Below are positions 36,329-49,872 of a stretch of DNA of 64,000 nucleotides, in pieces. This stretch comes from Macrostomum lignano. Lineage: Eukaryota. Below the pieces are notes generated by a model. It saw only the letters and a list, made by a program, of their open reading frames with translations, ran no database searches and was not told where the DNA came from. The translations under genes and the position numbers were made by a program. The stretch covers positions 339,516 through 403,515 of the forward strand of contig NIVC01000462.1 of assembly GCA_002269645.1 (NCBI GenBank), given 5' to 3'. Positions within the stretch are counted from its first letter, which is position 1. Each line of letters begins with the position of its first letter.

Positions 36329-38183
36329 TGACTGTGAGACTAGACTGATAGCAGAGAGTCCAGGTGTGACTGTGAGACTAGACTGATAGCGGAGAGTCCA
36401 GGTGTGACTGTGAGACTAGACTGATAGCAGAGAGTCCAGGTGTGACTGTGAGACTAGACTGATAGCAGAGAGTCCAGGTGTGACTGTGAGACTAGACTGA
36501 TAGCAGAGAGTCCAGGTGTGACTGTGAGACTAGACTGATAGCAGAGAGTCCAGGTGTGACTGTGAGAATAGACTGATAGCAGAGAGTCCAGGTGTGACTG
36601 TGAGACTAGACTGATAGCAGAGAGTCCAGGTGTGACTGTGAGACTAGACTGATAGCAGAGAGTCCAGGTGTGACTGTGAGAATAGACTGATAGCAGAGAG
36701 TCCAGGTGTGACTGTGAGACTAGACTGATAGCGGAGAGTCCACGTGTGACTGTGAGACTAGACTGATAGCAGAGAGTCCAGGTGTGACTGTGAGACTAGA
36801 CTGATAACAGAGAGTCCAGGTGTGACTGTGAGACTAGACTGATAGCAGAGAGTCCACGTGTGACTGTGAGACTAGACTGATAGCAGAGAGTCCAGGTGTG
36901 ACTGTGAGACTAGACTCTGATTGTAGAGAGTCCATGTGTGACTGTGAGACTAGACTGATAACAGAGAATCCAGGTGTGACTGTGAGACTAGACTGATAAC
37001 AGAGAGTCCAGGTGTGACTGTGAGACTAGACTGATAGCAGAGAGTCCAGGTGTGACTGTGAGACTAGACTGATAGCAGAGAGTCCAGGTGTGACTGTGAG
37101 ACTAGACTGATAACAGAGAATCCAGGTGTGACTGTGAGACTAGACTGATAACAGAGAGTCCAGGTGTGACTGTGAGACTAGACTGATAGCAGAGAGTCCA
37201 GGTGTGACTGTGAGACTAGACTGATAGCAGAGAGTCCAGGTGTGACTGTGAGACTAGACTGATAGCAGAGAGTCCAGGTGTGACTGTGAGACTAGACTCT
37301 GATTGTGGAGAGTCCATGTGTGACTGTGAGACTAGACTGATAGCAGAGAGTCCAGGTGTGACTGTGAGACTAGACTGATAGCAGAGAGTCCAGGTGCGAC
37401 TGTGAGACTAGACTGATAGCAGAGTCCAGGTGTGACTGTGAGACTAGACTGATAGCAGAGAGTCCAGGTGTGACTGTGAGACTAGACTCTGATTGTGGAG
37501 AGTCCATGTGTGACTGTGAGACTAGACTGATAGCAGAGAGTCCAGGTGTGACTGTGAGACTAGACTGATAGCAGAGAGTCCAGGTGTGACTGTGAGACTA
37601 GACTGATAGCAGAGAGTCCAGGTGTGACTGTGAGACTAGACTGATAGCAGAGAGTCCAGGTGTGACTGTGAGACTAGACTGATAGCAGAGAGTCCAGGTG
37701 TGACTGTGAGACTAGACTGATAGCAGAGAGTCCAGGTGTGACTGTGAGACTAGACTGATAGCGGAGAGTCCAGGTGTGACTGTGAGACTAGACTGATAGC
37801 AGAGAGTCCAGGTGTGACTGTGAGACTAGACTGATAGCGGAGAGTCCAGGTGTGACTGTGAGACTAGACTGATAGCGGAGAGTCCAGGTGTGACTGTGAG
37901 ACTAGACTGATAGCAGAGAGTCCAGGTGTGACTGTGAGACTAGAATGATAGCGGAGAGTCCAGGTGTGACTGTGAGACTAGACTGATAGCGGAGAGTCCA
38001 GGTGTGACTGTGAGACTAGACTGATAGCAGAGAGTCCAGGTGTGACTGTGAGACTAGACTGATAGCGGAGAGTCCAGGTGTGACTGTGAGACTAGACTGA
38101 TAGCAGAGAGTCCAGGTGTGACTGTGAGACTAGACTGATAGCGGAGAGTCCAGGTGTGACTGTGAGACTAGACTCTGATTGTG
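36329..38183. repeat. 38-bp minisatellite (GACTGTGAGACTAGACTGATAGCAGAGAGTCCAGGTGT)
   Basis: Read directly, nearly 50 copies. Confidence 0.97.
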
Positions 38184-38939
38184 GAGAGTCCAGTATAAAC
38201 TATACCTGACTTTGATTGAGACTATAGTGTCTGGAGAGATTATACCGGATAATATTGCAATACATTTCATGCAATTTGGCACAAGGCCAACAATTAAAAA
38301 GTAATTAATGCAATATATGGCATAAATTTATTAGGCATTTACTGCCCGGAAATGTTTATCAGGAATTGCTGCAAATAGAAAAAGCAATGAAGCTGTTTTA
38401 CTGACCAATACGGTGATAATATCAAAAATGTTTTTATTGCATTTATGCTTGCCTTGATCTTGAGGTTTATACCAGCAATAGCCAAACAGAATTAATTGCC
38501 AGGCTTTCAGGGGTTTGGAATTGAAAAGTTAAAGTCCGCCCTCAGTATACGCCAGAGAGAAAAGCGGTTTCTTTTGTTTCAGCCAAGGCCTCTTCTTCCA
38601 TTTACAAGCGCAATTGTTGCTGTCGCAAGATGCTAAAGGTTTTGAAAAGCAATTGCTATTGCTGCAAGATTTTAGGGCTAGCAATTTTTGCTTTCGCAGC
38701 AATTTCGAGTTTCTCTGTATTAGCCTTCACTCAGGTCTCGAGAGGACAGTGGGTTAGTGGTTGGGTGGCTGTAGGCCGGCCCCGACTTTACATTAAGAAT
38801 TCTACCATTTTACTGCCAAATAGTATAATAAACTTAAGCTTTTCGTTTATAAGGTTTTAAATGCTTCCAAACTTAAGATTTTAAGCTTTGAACGATGTAT
38901 TTCATGCTTTAGTAACTATATAGCATTCAGTTCAAGTAA

Positions 38940-39272
38940 GCCCCCCTATCCTCTTCTAGCAGCCCCTATCTTCTTCTAGTAGCCTCCATCTTTATAGTAG
39001 CCCCTATCCTCTTCCAGTAGCCCCTATCCTCTTCTAGTAGCCCCCTATCCTCTTCTAGTAGCCCCTATCCTCTTCTAGTAGCCCCTATCCTCTTCTAGTA
39101 GCCCCTATCCTCTTCTAGTAGCCCCTATCCTCTTCTAGTAGCCCCTATCCTCTTCTAGTAGCCCCTATCCTCTTCTAGTAGCCCCTATCTTCTTCTAGTA
39201 GCCCCAATTCTCTTCTAGTAGCCCCTATCTTCTTCTAGTAGCCCCTATCTTCTTCTAGTAGCCCGTATCCTC
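38940..39272. repeat. 20-bp minisatellite (TAGCCCCTATCCTCTTCTAG)
   Basis: Read directly. Confidence 0.95.
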
Positions 39273-39894
39273 CATAGTAGCTTTTATCGCCCTCTCGTAG
39301 CGTCCCAGCAAGCAACCACTATAGTTTCGTTTCCCTTTATCAGTTTTGTCACCCTTAACCGCCTTTACCCAACGCCCCGAATCTCTTTGAAGTTGCCGCC
39401 GCGTTTGCTAAATTTATGCGCTGCATGGTGAACTATAGTGTAGTCTCCACCGTCCTTTGTCGCGCGCTCCGTCTCCTATCCAATTCCTGTTAGATAGTGT
39501 TGCAAGACAACCTATAATAAGCTGCTTAAAATGCATTCCTCTGTGAAGGCCTTGAATGACTTCGGCACCGATTCTAAATATGGCTCGTAAATCGAGCAAA
39601 CTGAACCAAGTGTTACATGTACGTTGTTGCACTTGCTGCGAAAGCTGCACACACAGTCCCAATACCCAAGCTTGGTTGGTAACAAGGAAATCTGTCTTTA
39701 CTCTTTCCATCAGTTTTTTTGGCAGTCACGATATTTTGTGTCACAAGTACATGCTGTCCTGTTTTGGACTGCTTAGTAGACTGTGAGAAGAGGGAGATTG
39801 GGAGAGAAGCATGGAGATAAAGAAAGAAGAGAGGAGAGGATGGGAGAGAGAAAGAGAGAGGGAGAGAGGTCCAGAAGAGAAGGAGACAGTGAGA

Positions 39895-42160
39895 AAGCGT
39901 GGAGAGAGGGAGACAGTGACAGAGGTGGAGAAGAGAGGGAGACAGTGACAGAGGTGTAGAAGAGAGGGAGACAGTGACAGAGGTGGAGAAGAGAGGGAGA
40001 CAGTGACAGAGGTGGAGAAGAGAGGGAGACAGTGACAGAGGTGGAGAAGAGAGGGAGGCAGTGACAGAGGTGGAGAAGAGAGGGAGACAGTGACAGAGGT
40101 GTAGAAGAGAGGGAGACAGTGACAGAGGTGGAGAAGAGAGGGAGACAGTGACAGAGGTGGAGAAGAGAGGGAGACAGTGACAGAGGTGGAGAAGAGAGGG
40201 AGACAGTGACAGAGGTGGAGAAGAGAGGGAGACAGTGACAGAGGTGTAGAAGAGAGGGAGACAGTGACAGAGGTGGAGAAGAGAGGGAGACAGTGACAGA
40301 GGTGTAGAAGAGAGGGAGACAGTGACAGAGGTGTAGAAGAGAGGGAGACAGTGACAGAGGTGGAGAAGAGAGGGAGACAGTGACAGAGGTGAAGAAGAGA
40401 GGGAGACAGTGACAGAGGTGTAGAAGAGAGGGAGACAGTGAGAGAGGTGGAGAAGAGAGGGAGACAGTGACAGAGGTGTAGAAGAGAGGGAGACAGTGAC
40501 AGAGGTGGAGAAGAGAGGGAGACAGTGACAGAGGTGGAGAAGAGAGGGAGACAGTGACAGAGGTGGAGAAGAGAGGGAGACAGTGACAGAGGTGGAGAAG
40601 AGAGGGAGACAGTGACAGAGGTGGAGAAGAGAGGGAGACAGTGACAGAGGTGGAGAAGAGAGGGAGACAGTGACAGAGGTGGAGAAGAGAGGGAGACAGT
40701 GACAGAGGTGGAGAAGAGAGGGAGACAGTGACAGAGGTGGAGAAGAGAGGGAGACAGTGACAGAGGTGGAGAAGAGAGGGAGACAGTGACAGAGGTGGAG
40801 AAGAGAGGGAGACAGTGACAGAGGTGGAGAAGAGAGGGAGACAGTGACAGAGGTGGAGAAGAGAGGGAGACAGTGACAGAGGTGGAGAAGAGAGGGAGAC
40901 AGTGACAGAGGTGGAGAAGAGAGGGAGACAGTGACAGAGGTGGAGAAGAGAGGGAGACAGTGACAGAGGTGGAGAAGAGAGGGAGACAGTGACAGAGGTG
41001 GAGAAGAGAGGGAGACAGTGACAGAGGTGGAGAAGAGAGGGAGACAGTGACAGAGGTGGAGAAGAGAGGGAGACAGTGACAGAGGTGGAGAAGAGAGGGA
41101 GACAGTGACAGAGGTGTAGAAGAGAGGGAGACAGTGACAGAGGTGGAGAAGAGAGGGAGACAGTGACAGAGGTGGAGAAGAGAGGGAGACAGTGACAGAG
41201 GTGGAGAAGAGAGGGAGACAGTGACAGAGGTGGAGAAGAGAGGGAGACAGTGACAGAGGTGGAGAAGAGAGGGAGACAGTGACAGAGGTGGAGAAGAGAG
41301 GGAGACAGTGACAGAGGTGGAGAAGAGAGGGAGACAGTGACAGAGGTGGAGAAGAGAGGGAGACAGTGACAGAGGTGGAGAAGAGAGGGAGACAGTGACA
41401 GAGGTGGAGAAGAGAGGGAGACAGTGACAGAGGTGGAGAAGAGAGGGAGACAGTGACAGAGGTGGAGAAGAGAGGGAGACAGTGACAGAGGTGGAGAAGA
41501 GAGGGAGGCAGTGACAGAGGTGGAGAAGAGAGGGAGACAGTGACAGAGGTGGAGAAGAGAGGGAGGCAGTGACAGAGGTGGAGAAGAGAGGGAGACAGTG
41601 ACAGAGGTGGAGAAGAGAGGGAGACAGTGAGAGATGTGGAGAAGAGAGGGAGACAGTGACAGAGGTGGAGAAGAGAGGGAGACAGTGACAGAGGTGGAGA
41701 AGAGAGGGAGACAGTGACAGAGGTGGAGAAGAGAGGGAGACAGTGACAGAGGTGGAGAAGAGAGGGAGACAGTGACAGAGGTGGAGAAGAGAGGGAGACA
41801 GTGACAGAGGTGGAGAAGAGAGGGAGACAGTGACAGAGGTGGAGAAGAGAGGGAGACAGTGAGAGAGGTGGAGAAGAGAGGGAGACAGTGACAGAGGTGG
41901 AGAAGAGAGGGAGACAGTGACAGAGGTGGAGAAGAGAGGGAGACAGTGACAGAGGTGGAGAAGAGAGGGAGACAGTGACAGAGGTGGAGAAGAGAGGGAG
42001 ACAGTGACAGAGGTGAAGAAGAGAGGGAGACAGTGACAGAGGTGGAGAAGAGAGGGAGACAGTGACAGAGGTGAAGAAGAGAGGGAGACAGTGACAGAGG
42101 TGGAGAAGAGAGGGAGACAGTGAGAGATGTGGAGAAGAGAGGGAGACAGTGAGAGATGTG
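39895..42160. repeat. 29-bp purine-rich minisatellite (GAGAGGGAGACAGTGACAGAGGTGGAGAA)
   Basis: Read directly; highly homogeneous, about 2.2 kb. Confidence 0.97.
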
Positions 42161-42176
42161 GGGAGAAAGGAATAGA

Positions 42177-42268
42177 AGCCTAGAAGAGACAGGGGGGGGG
42201 AGGAAAGAGCTGAGAAGTAACCAGCCTAGAAGAGACAGGGGGGGGGAGGAAAGAGCTGAGAAGTAGCC
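42177..42268. repeat. 46-bp tandem duplication
   Basis: AGCCTAGAAGAGACAG(G)nAGGAAAGAGCTGAGAAGTA(A/G)CC occurs twice. Confidence 0.85.
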
Positions 42269-42825
42269 AGCCTGGAAGCCAGGCGAGACTGAGGGGAGAG
42301 GGGTGAGCCGCGGAAGAATCCATGAATTCTGAGCCGTTCTGAGCCGGCCTTCTGAAGTGGGTACCCAAGCCGAAGCCCCGCAATGCTAGAAGCAGATCGC
42401 TAATTATTCTGCATGCTTGTGGGCCCGCTTTGCTCTCATTTTCAGAGATAGCTCTTCGTAGATCTATTTTCTTCCACTCGTTGGTTTCGGCCTCTCGAAT
42501 CGGCTTCTCAAAAAAAGGAGCCGTTTTTTTCTCCTTGTCTCTAGTAGTCCGTCTAGCTTTCCCTGTGAAGTTTGCCGCCATGCACGGTATAATGATATAG
42601 GTAGACTGCTTTGATTAGTTAGTATATAGGTGTGTATTGTGGTTTTTTGACTAGCATTATAAAATATACCGTCTCTTTCTGAGAGCGTTCGGTGCGAACT
42701 TTTGCGACTGTGCTTGAGTTCTTGAGTGAATTCTCGCTTCTTTTTATTGCTTGTCGTCTCGGTGTGTCATTGTGTTGGGGTTGTCAGGCGTGATGACGGG
42801 TGGACCTGGAAAAGAAAGGGGGATA

Positions 42826-43300
42826 GGAGAGAAAGAGGGAGAGAAGGAGAGAAGGAGAGAGAAAGAGAGAAAGAGGGAGAGAAGGAGAGAAGGAGAGAAG
42901 GAGGGAAGGAGGGAGAGAAGGAGGGAAGGAGGGAGAGAAGGAGGGAAGGAGGGAGAGAAGGAGGGAAGGAGGGAGAGAAGGAGGGAAGGAGGGAGAGAAG
43001 GAGGGAAGGAGGGAGAGAAGGAGGGAAGGAGGGAAGGAGGAAGAGAAGGAGGGAAGGAGGGAGAGAAGGAGGGAAGGAGGGAGAGAAGGAGGGAAGGAGG
43101 GAGAGAAGGAGGGAAGGAGGGAGAGAAGGAGGGAAGGAGGGAGAGAAGGAGGGAAGGAGGGAGAGAAGGAGGGAAGGAGGGAGAGAAGGAGGGAAGGAGG
43201 GAGAGAAGGAGGGAAGGAGGGAAGGAGGAAGAGAAGGAGGGAAGGAGGGAGAGAAGGAGGGAAGGAGGGAGAGAAGGAGGGAAGGAGAGAGAGAAGGAGA
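42826..43300. repeat. 20-bp all-purine minisatellite (GGAGGGAGAGAAGGAGGGAA)
   Basis: Read directly. Confidence 0.95.
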
Positions 43301-43892
43301 CGGTAGGAGACAGTAGGACAGAGCCAGCAAAAACAAGCGAGAAAGCAGTTGCCGCCAAATACCCCCCAGTGCAGTATTGTTAACGCGCATCAGCGCAAGT
43401 GTGTATTTAAAGATATGCTATCAAATCGAGAAGCGTTCGAGCGAGGAGGTGGCTAGAGGGGTCTAGAAAGAGAGAGAAGCAGGGATCCGCTGTTGTTTGA
43501 TCCTTGCCGCCGCAACCCCCTCCCCGTATTATGCGGAGGTGTAGAGGCGGTTCAGGAAGGGCCGTTTGTTGTAAGCCGCTTGTGTCCCGCTCTCTATCCA
43601 ATCCGACCTGCCTGCCCCCCTGGTTGCGTCAGTGCATTCGATGAAGGCAGGCCCTTTAAAAGGAAGTGCCGCCCAAGCCACCTCATCCGCCCGGGGCGCA
43701 AATCACATCAAAGAGATTCACCGCCGCTGGCCTCGCTATATTTCTCTACATTGAACGGCCAGAACCCGGTTTTCAGACAACTGTAGTCTTGATAATAAGA
43801 TAAGCGAGTTTGAATTCTCCTCGTTTGAGTAAAACTTCTGCACTTTCTTAGCTTGTCGTTGTGAAGTTTCAATTGAATACTCGTAAAAATTG

Positions 43893-44160
43893 ATTACACC
43901 TGCCCCAATTGGGCCAGATGTGCAACCGACAGCTCAGCCGCAGCTATTGCGCGGCGCATCTGAAGGCTGCGTACGGCTGTTCAGTCCAATGACTGGGGGG
44001 GGGGTCGCCACACAGCCTCAATTACCCCCAGCTAATGCTGGCACCCATTTTACAGCTGGGTGAACTGAAGCAATGCAGAGTTAAGTGTCTTGCTCAATGG
44101 GTCGAGAATCGAACCCACGACCTTTTAGTCGTGATTCCGACGCTCTAACTACTAGGCTAT
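43893..44160 (-). mobile_element. tRNA-derived SINE with CORE-like central domain (family A, copy 1)
   Basis: Reverse strand has A-box TAGCCTAGTAG, B-box GGTTCGATTC and central TTGAGCAAGACACTTAACTCTGC...CAGTTCACCCAGCTGTAAAATGGG. Strongly similar to the copy at 55322-55627. Confidence 0.85.
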
Positions 44161-45044
44161 AATTAAAAGCCTAGTATTACAATTTAAATAAATTACATGA
44201 TGTGAAGTATGCTAACTCCAGATCCTGTTTTTGGGCTATCCTTGGGCCACTCTGCACTACTGCCTCAAAAGTTGTTACAACATGGCATGGAAAATGAATT
44301 ATGAATGCAAGTCGCCCTTAGGGCTATATACTCTCTGGTTTTATCTATTCAGATTACTTCGCACCCAAGCAAGGCCCACTTTGTGCGAGTTGGCGAACGG
44401 GCCCGTATATTATACTGTTATGCCTCCCCTGCAAGGTAAACAAAGAGGTGCGATTCAGGCCAGTGACGTAATCAACACCTGTTATAGAGCATGCAGCAGG
44501 GTATGCATTGTGTAAATAACTGACTGTTAAAATTATCTTCTGAATGACACTGTCCGTACTATTCTGCACCGCTTCCTTCCCGTTGGAGCCCCCAACGGGT
44601 CCTAACGATGAGTGAGTTTCCTTTATTCAAATTTTACGGACTACTATAACCATACTACTGTGGCTAGTAGAGATTAAAGAAAAATTAGACTGTAAAAAAA
44701 ATAGACAAATTGGGAAAAAAACCTTACACTGGATTTTTCTTCTAGATAGTCTGTAAAAAAAGTCTGCTAGTGCATTTAGTATGCTATCAAGAAATCGAGA
44801 TTTTTCTTCTGACTCTATAGAGTTGACTCAAACAATTTAACAACATTACCAAATTCTAGCAGTTTCTTTATCTCCTTCATTACAGTGAGTAATGAGTATA
44901 GTTCTCATGAATAAATTTATTCATGAGGGCTTCTTAAGACAGAGTAGTAAATTACTGTACTGTAACTCGTAACAGCTATTAGCAAAAATGGGTCAGATTT
45001 TACAGAAGTTCAGTACATCCAGGTGTGGCGATCAGATTATGATT

Positions 45045-45990
45045 TACTCTCTCTTCTCTTTCCCCTAGTCTCCTCTCCTCTCCTCTCCTCTCCTCTCCTC
45101 TCCTCTCCTCTCCTCTCCTCTCCTCTCCTCTCCCTCCTTTCCTCTCCTCTCCTCTCCTCTCCCCTCCTTTCCTCTCCTCTCCTCTCCTCTCCTCTCCTCT
45201 CCTCTCCTCTCCTCTCCTCTCCTCTCCTCTCCTCTCCTCTCTCTCCCTCTCCCCTCCTCTCCTCTCCTCTCCTCTCCTCTCCCCTCCTTTCCTCTCCTCT
45301 CCTCTCCTCTCCTCTCCTCTCCTCTCCTCTCTCTCTTCTCCTCTCCTCTCCTCTCCCCTCCTTTCCTCTCCTCTCCTCTCCTCTCCTCTCCTCTCCTCTC
45401 CTCTCCTCTCCTCTCCTCTCCTCTCCTCTCCTCTCCTCTCCTCTCCCTCCTTTCCTCTCCTCTCCTCTCCTCTCCTCTCCTCTCCTCTCCTCTCCTCTCC
45501 TCTCCTCTCCTCTCCTCTCCTCTCCTCTCCTCTCCTCTCCTCTCCTCTCCTCTCCTCTCCTCTCCTCTCCTCTCCCCTCCTTTCCTCTCCTCTCCTCTCC
45601 TCTCCTCTCCTCTCCTCTCCTCTCCTCTCCTCTCCTCTCCTCTCCTCTCTCTCCTCTCCTCTCCTCTCCTCTCCCCTCCTCTCCTCTCCTCTCCTCTCCT
45701 CTCCTCTCCTCTCCTCTCCTCTCCTCTCCTCTCCTCTCCTCTCCTCTCCTCTCCTCTCCTCTCCTCTCCTCTCCTCTCCTCTCCTCTCCTCTCCTCTCCT
45801 CTCCTCTCCTCTCCTCTCCTCTCCTCTCCTCTCCTCTCCTCTCCTCTCCTCTCCTCTCCTCTCCTCTCCTCTCCTCTCCTCTCCTCTCCTCTCCTCTCCT
45901 CTCCTCTCCTCTCCTCTCCTTTCCTTTCCTTTTCTTTCCTCTCCTCTCTTCTCTCCTCTCCTATCTCCTATCTCCTATTTTGTTTCTGTC
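45045..45990. repeat. (CTCCT)n polypyrimidine/polypurine microsatellite, about 950 bp
   Basis: Read directly. Confidence 0.97.
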
Positions 45991-47221
45991 CTATCTCCTT
46001 TCCTTTGGCCCGCAGTCATGCTTTAGGTCCTCTCTCTAGTCTTTGAAGTAAAAAGGTTTGCCGGGTCCCGCCCTAGGGTGTGCAGTGATTTTGTCTGCCA
46101 TGCGATAATACCATGGACACGATATTATATTGACTAATTGATAAGGCCCACTCTCGACGTCTGTGACGATCGTGCACTGCCATCAGACGTGTGGCACCAC
46201 ATGTCCAATATATCAACATTTTGAGCGTCCCTAATCGAACCATAGACATCAATTCCATCAGAAACCTGTACTTCGAGTACAGCGCATCGATGAAGAAATA
46301 ACACAAGGTAACCTGGATTGCTCTTCGGCAAAATTTTTGTGGCCCTGACCCAGCCCGAATGAAGCTCCCGACGCGAGTGTTATGGACCGATGGCCGATGA
46401 CCGATGGCAAGCGTATTATCGGTGGCTATACAGTCAGCCGTTTTGCGAGTAGTCAGGTACAGATTGAAGTACAACCGTACATGTATTATGTAAAAAGTCA
46501 TTTTTACTCACAAACATCAGTTTCTGGTAGCTGTATTATAAATATCAGTTATTTATTGAATATATTGTTTGAAATCGACAGAGTCTGTAACGGAATCTGT
46601 AAAATATTTTACGTGTAATAAAAAATATCATAAAAGCGAAAAAATCACGGATAAACAGGAGCTCATAAAAGGCGAGCATTCGATACAAAATGTAGATGTA
46701 ACCATGGGAAAATATTTTCTTATAACACTGGTGACACGGAACGGGATATATACTGCACATAGTTTTTTTCAAATGTACGAGTTGTAATATTCTGTTTTTC
46801 TGTTAAAATATTATAAATCGCGTAGTGCACTGTAAACGCCGAAGTGAATCTACATGTAACTAAAAGCGACTACAGTGAATAAAATAAATTGTGCAGAATA
46901 CACTTAAATAAGCATTGTTTGATTCGGAAGATGCAGTAGAAAATATAAGGACAAAAAATTAATGCGTTGAAAAAAAATAAATGTAGAGCTAAACGTGTTT
47001 TTGTGCGTGCTATATTGCGATTCAACAGTGTTGGATAGAACGTTTTAATATAACAGTTTTAATAGAAGAGAAAAAGAAAAACAACAGAAATATCCGGGAG
47101 ACAGTCCACTGCATGCAAGATGAAGACTATGCAGAGAAGTAAAAAAATGATGGTGAAGATTCAGGAGATTGCTAGTCTACAAGGGCAAAAATATTTTGCT
47201 CTGCATTCTACTTGGCCAGCA

Positions 47222-48238
47222 TCAGTGGCGAGCTGGGCCCGCTGGACTCCGCGCTGTTTCCAGTGCTGCTCGCAGTCGCGTTGTGGTCGCCGCCGGACTC
47301 GGGATGGCCACTGACAGATCGTCGCAGCTCCAGATGCTGTTGTAGTCCGTTTTGAATTGCCACGACAGTTGCGGCTCCGGTTGCTGAAGCTGCTGTTGGT
47401 GCCGAGCACCCCAGGGCATTCCCCAGTACATCATCTGATGCTGCAACTGCTGGTGCTGCTGCCTGAGCATCTGGTGATGCGAATGCGGCCTGCTGTGCGA
47501 TCTGGGTGGCTGACGGAGCTTCTTGCTGCCAAATTTGGTCTGGGCGAATGCGGCGGCCGTGTAGCATTCCTGCTGCTGCTGGCGCTGCTGGAACATCCAC
47601 AGAGGGTCGGGCACGAGTGGCTGAATAGCGCACGGATGCTGCTGCTGCTGCTGCTGCTGCTGTTGTTGTTGTTGCTGTTCGAGAGACTCTGCCGAATCTG
47701 CCGCCGCCGTTTCCGACGAATAGAGCTGGGTCACTGATCCTGTTGGTTTGAGCAATTCAGTGGAAAAGTTGACGTCTTATCAATAAAGTGCATCATTGAC
47801 TGTCAAGATCTTTCTGTATCTACACACGTAGCCTGTCACTACCGACCCTATGAATGAATCAGGCGTTTTAGACTCTTAAATTACGTAATACTAAATATGA
47901 AGATAATATTACCGACCTTTCTCGCCAACCCTGCAGGACACTTCGCCAGGATCAATCCACAGAGTCAGATTCTGCGGCAGGTGCTTCATCAGCTCGCCGA
48001 CGTCTAGCCCAGTCTCCTTGGCCGCCTCCAGTAAGATCGGATCAGACTGTTCGCCAGAAATTTTCAAACAACGAAAAGCGGTGCCCTTCAGCGGCTGGTC
48101 CGGGTACCAGTGACCCTGAAACTTGGCCGTCAGGTTGCAGTCCAGCTGCTCGCCGAACAAGTTCACCCGACGCCTCGGCAGCCGGTTGTACAGGAATGAC
48201 AGGATGAAATTCACTGCGATCGACACTTCGGCGCGCAT
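47222..48238 (-). CDS. Tob: Tob (BTG/Tob antiproliferative, CAF1-binding); exons 48238-47917 and 47739-47222; 279 aa
   Basis: MRAEVSIAVNFILSFLYNRLPRRRVNLFG...GHWYPDQPLKGTAFRC...LPQNLTLWIDPGEVS...GEKG|SVTQLY gives boxes A and B. The Tob-specific YTAAAFAQTKFGSKKL motif and poly-Q follow. Phase-1 junction; the donor GTCGGT is weak but supported by the alignment. Confidence 0.93.
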
Positions 48239-49149
48239 GTTAAAACTTTGCTACCACCGGTCCGATGAGTTAAAACAGTTTTTTTGCCAAACCGCGTGGT
48301 CTGAATTGAGAGTTTCATTCAAAACTGTACCCCATCTTCGCTCCCATATATATATATATATATATAGACTGGCCAGTGTTCGGGAAGGATTTTCACTCTC
48401 GCCAGGTTTGGGAGATGAGAATAATCTCTGGGCCAATGAGCATCCGGGGTGAGAAATTCAGCATTCGGGTGAACGAACTCTTGGAGGTTGATGTTAGCCT
48501 ATTTTTAGCCCGGCCAATGCACGGGACTTCCTGTTCCACTCTTCATCGCATTCAGTTGGGGATGCTAATTAGTCTGAAGAGGCGCGTGGGCAGCGGCGCA
48601 CCACCGCCTGAATTGGATGCCGGATGTGCGACCGCCCGAAGCGGCTGCACTGGCACTGAGGGGGTGGGGGGGGCAGAGCTGAAAATAGTTGCTTGTTTTT
48701 TGTTATTTTTTTCATCAATTTTAAATTTGCAGACGATACAAAAATCTGTTTGCTTAGGGCTGAACCTGCTTGCAATACACATGCATGTACACAGTTAATA
48801 AGACAATGGCACAACCCACCTTCAGTGCATCAGAGCCTACTGTTAATGGATTGAAGACATATGATACACGAGTCTGTGTAGGAGACCCTATCATGCGTGT
48901 AATGCTGTAGGAAGAGGTGGGAATCGGACTGATTGGCTGCCCTGAATTAAGGAAAATAAAAAAGGATTAAATTTCAGAGGGTATTCAGATCGCGGGGGAG
49001 GGAGAGAGGACAGAAAGACAGATACAGCCTCAGGGATTTTGAGAATGCGAGAAATTGCAATCGGGAAGTGTCAGGTGTTAAGAATGAATTAGAACCAAAC
49101 CGCTGAATAGTCAACAGTGGATGAGGTCGATGGAATTAGATCGATGGAT

Positions 49150-49872
49150 GAGAGATAAGAGGGAGATTGAAGAGAGATCAGAAGGAGATTGAAGAGAGAT
49201 CAAAGATGGAAGAGAGATTAGAGATGGAAGAGAGATCAGAGATGGAGGAAAGATTAAAGATGGAAGAGAGATCAGAGATTGAAGAGAGATCAAAGATGGA
49301 GGACAGATCGAGATGGAAGAGAGATCAGAGATGGAAGAGAGATCAGAGATGGAAGAGAGATCAGAGATGGAAGAGAGATCAGAGATGGAAGAGAGACCAG
49401 AGATGGAAGAGAGATCAGAGATGGAAGAGAAATCAGAGATGGAAGAGAGATCAGAGATGGAAGAGAGATCAGAGATGGAAGAGATATCAGAGATGGAAGA
49501 GAGATTAGAGATGGAAGAGAGATTAGAGATGGAAGAGAGATTAGAGATGGAAGAGAGATCAGAGATGGAAGAGAGACCAGAGATGGAAGAGAGATCAGAG
49601 ATGGAAGAGAAATCAGAGATGGAAGAGAGATCAGAGATGGAAGAGAGATCAGAGATGGAAGAGAGATCAGAGATGGAAGAGAGATCAGAGATGGAAGAGA
49701 GATCAGAGATGGAAGAGAGATCAGAGATGGAAGAGAAATCAGAGATGGAAGAGAGATCAGAGATGGAAGAGAGATCAGAGATGGAAGAGATATCAGAGAT
49801 GGAAGAGAGATCAGAGATGGAAGAGAGATTAGAGATGAAGGAGAGATCAGAGATGGAAGAGAGATTAGAGAG
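49150..49872. repeat. 18-bp minisatellite (GAGAGATCAGAGATGGAA)
   Basis: Read directly; 6-aa periodic ORFs. Confidence 0.96.

Noticed and set aside
42180-42581. 133-aa ATG ORF on the - strand (MAANFTGKARR...)
   Set aside because: No recognisable domain, and it runs into a 46-bp duplication and repeat flank; unsupported without expression data.
44579-44605. 8-bp GC hairpin followed by CTAA (Helitron end or ribozyme?)
   Set aside because: Spacing to CTRR is too short, no 5' TC partner was identified, and there is no CTGATGA/GAAA hammerhead core.
46284-46297. GCATCGATGAAGAA, a conserved 5.8S rRNA word
   Set aside because: Only 14 nt match; the flanks do not resemble 5.8S and there is no other rDNA.
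46073-46501. ORFs including a cadherin-like LEVQVSDG string
   Set aside because: No other cadherin motifs or convincing splice structure; probably chance.
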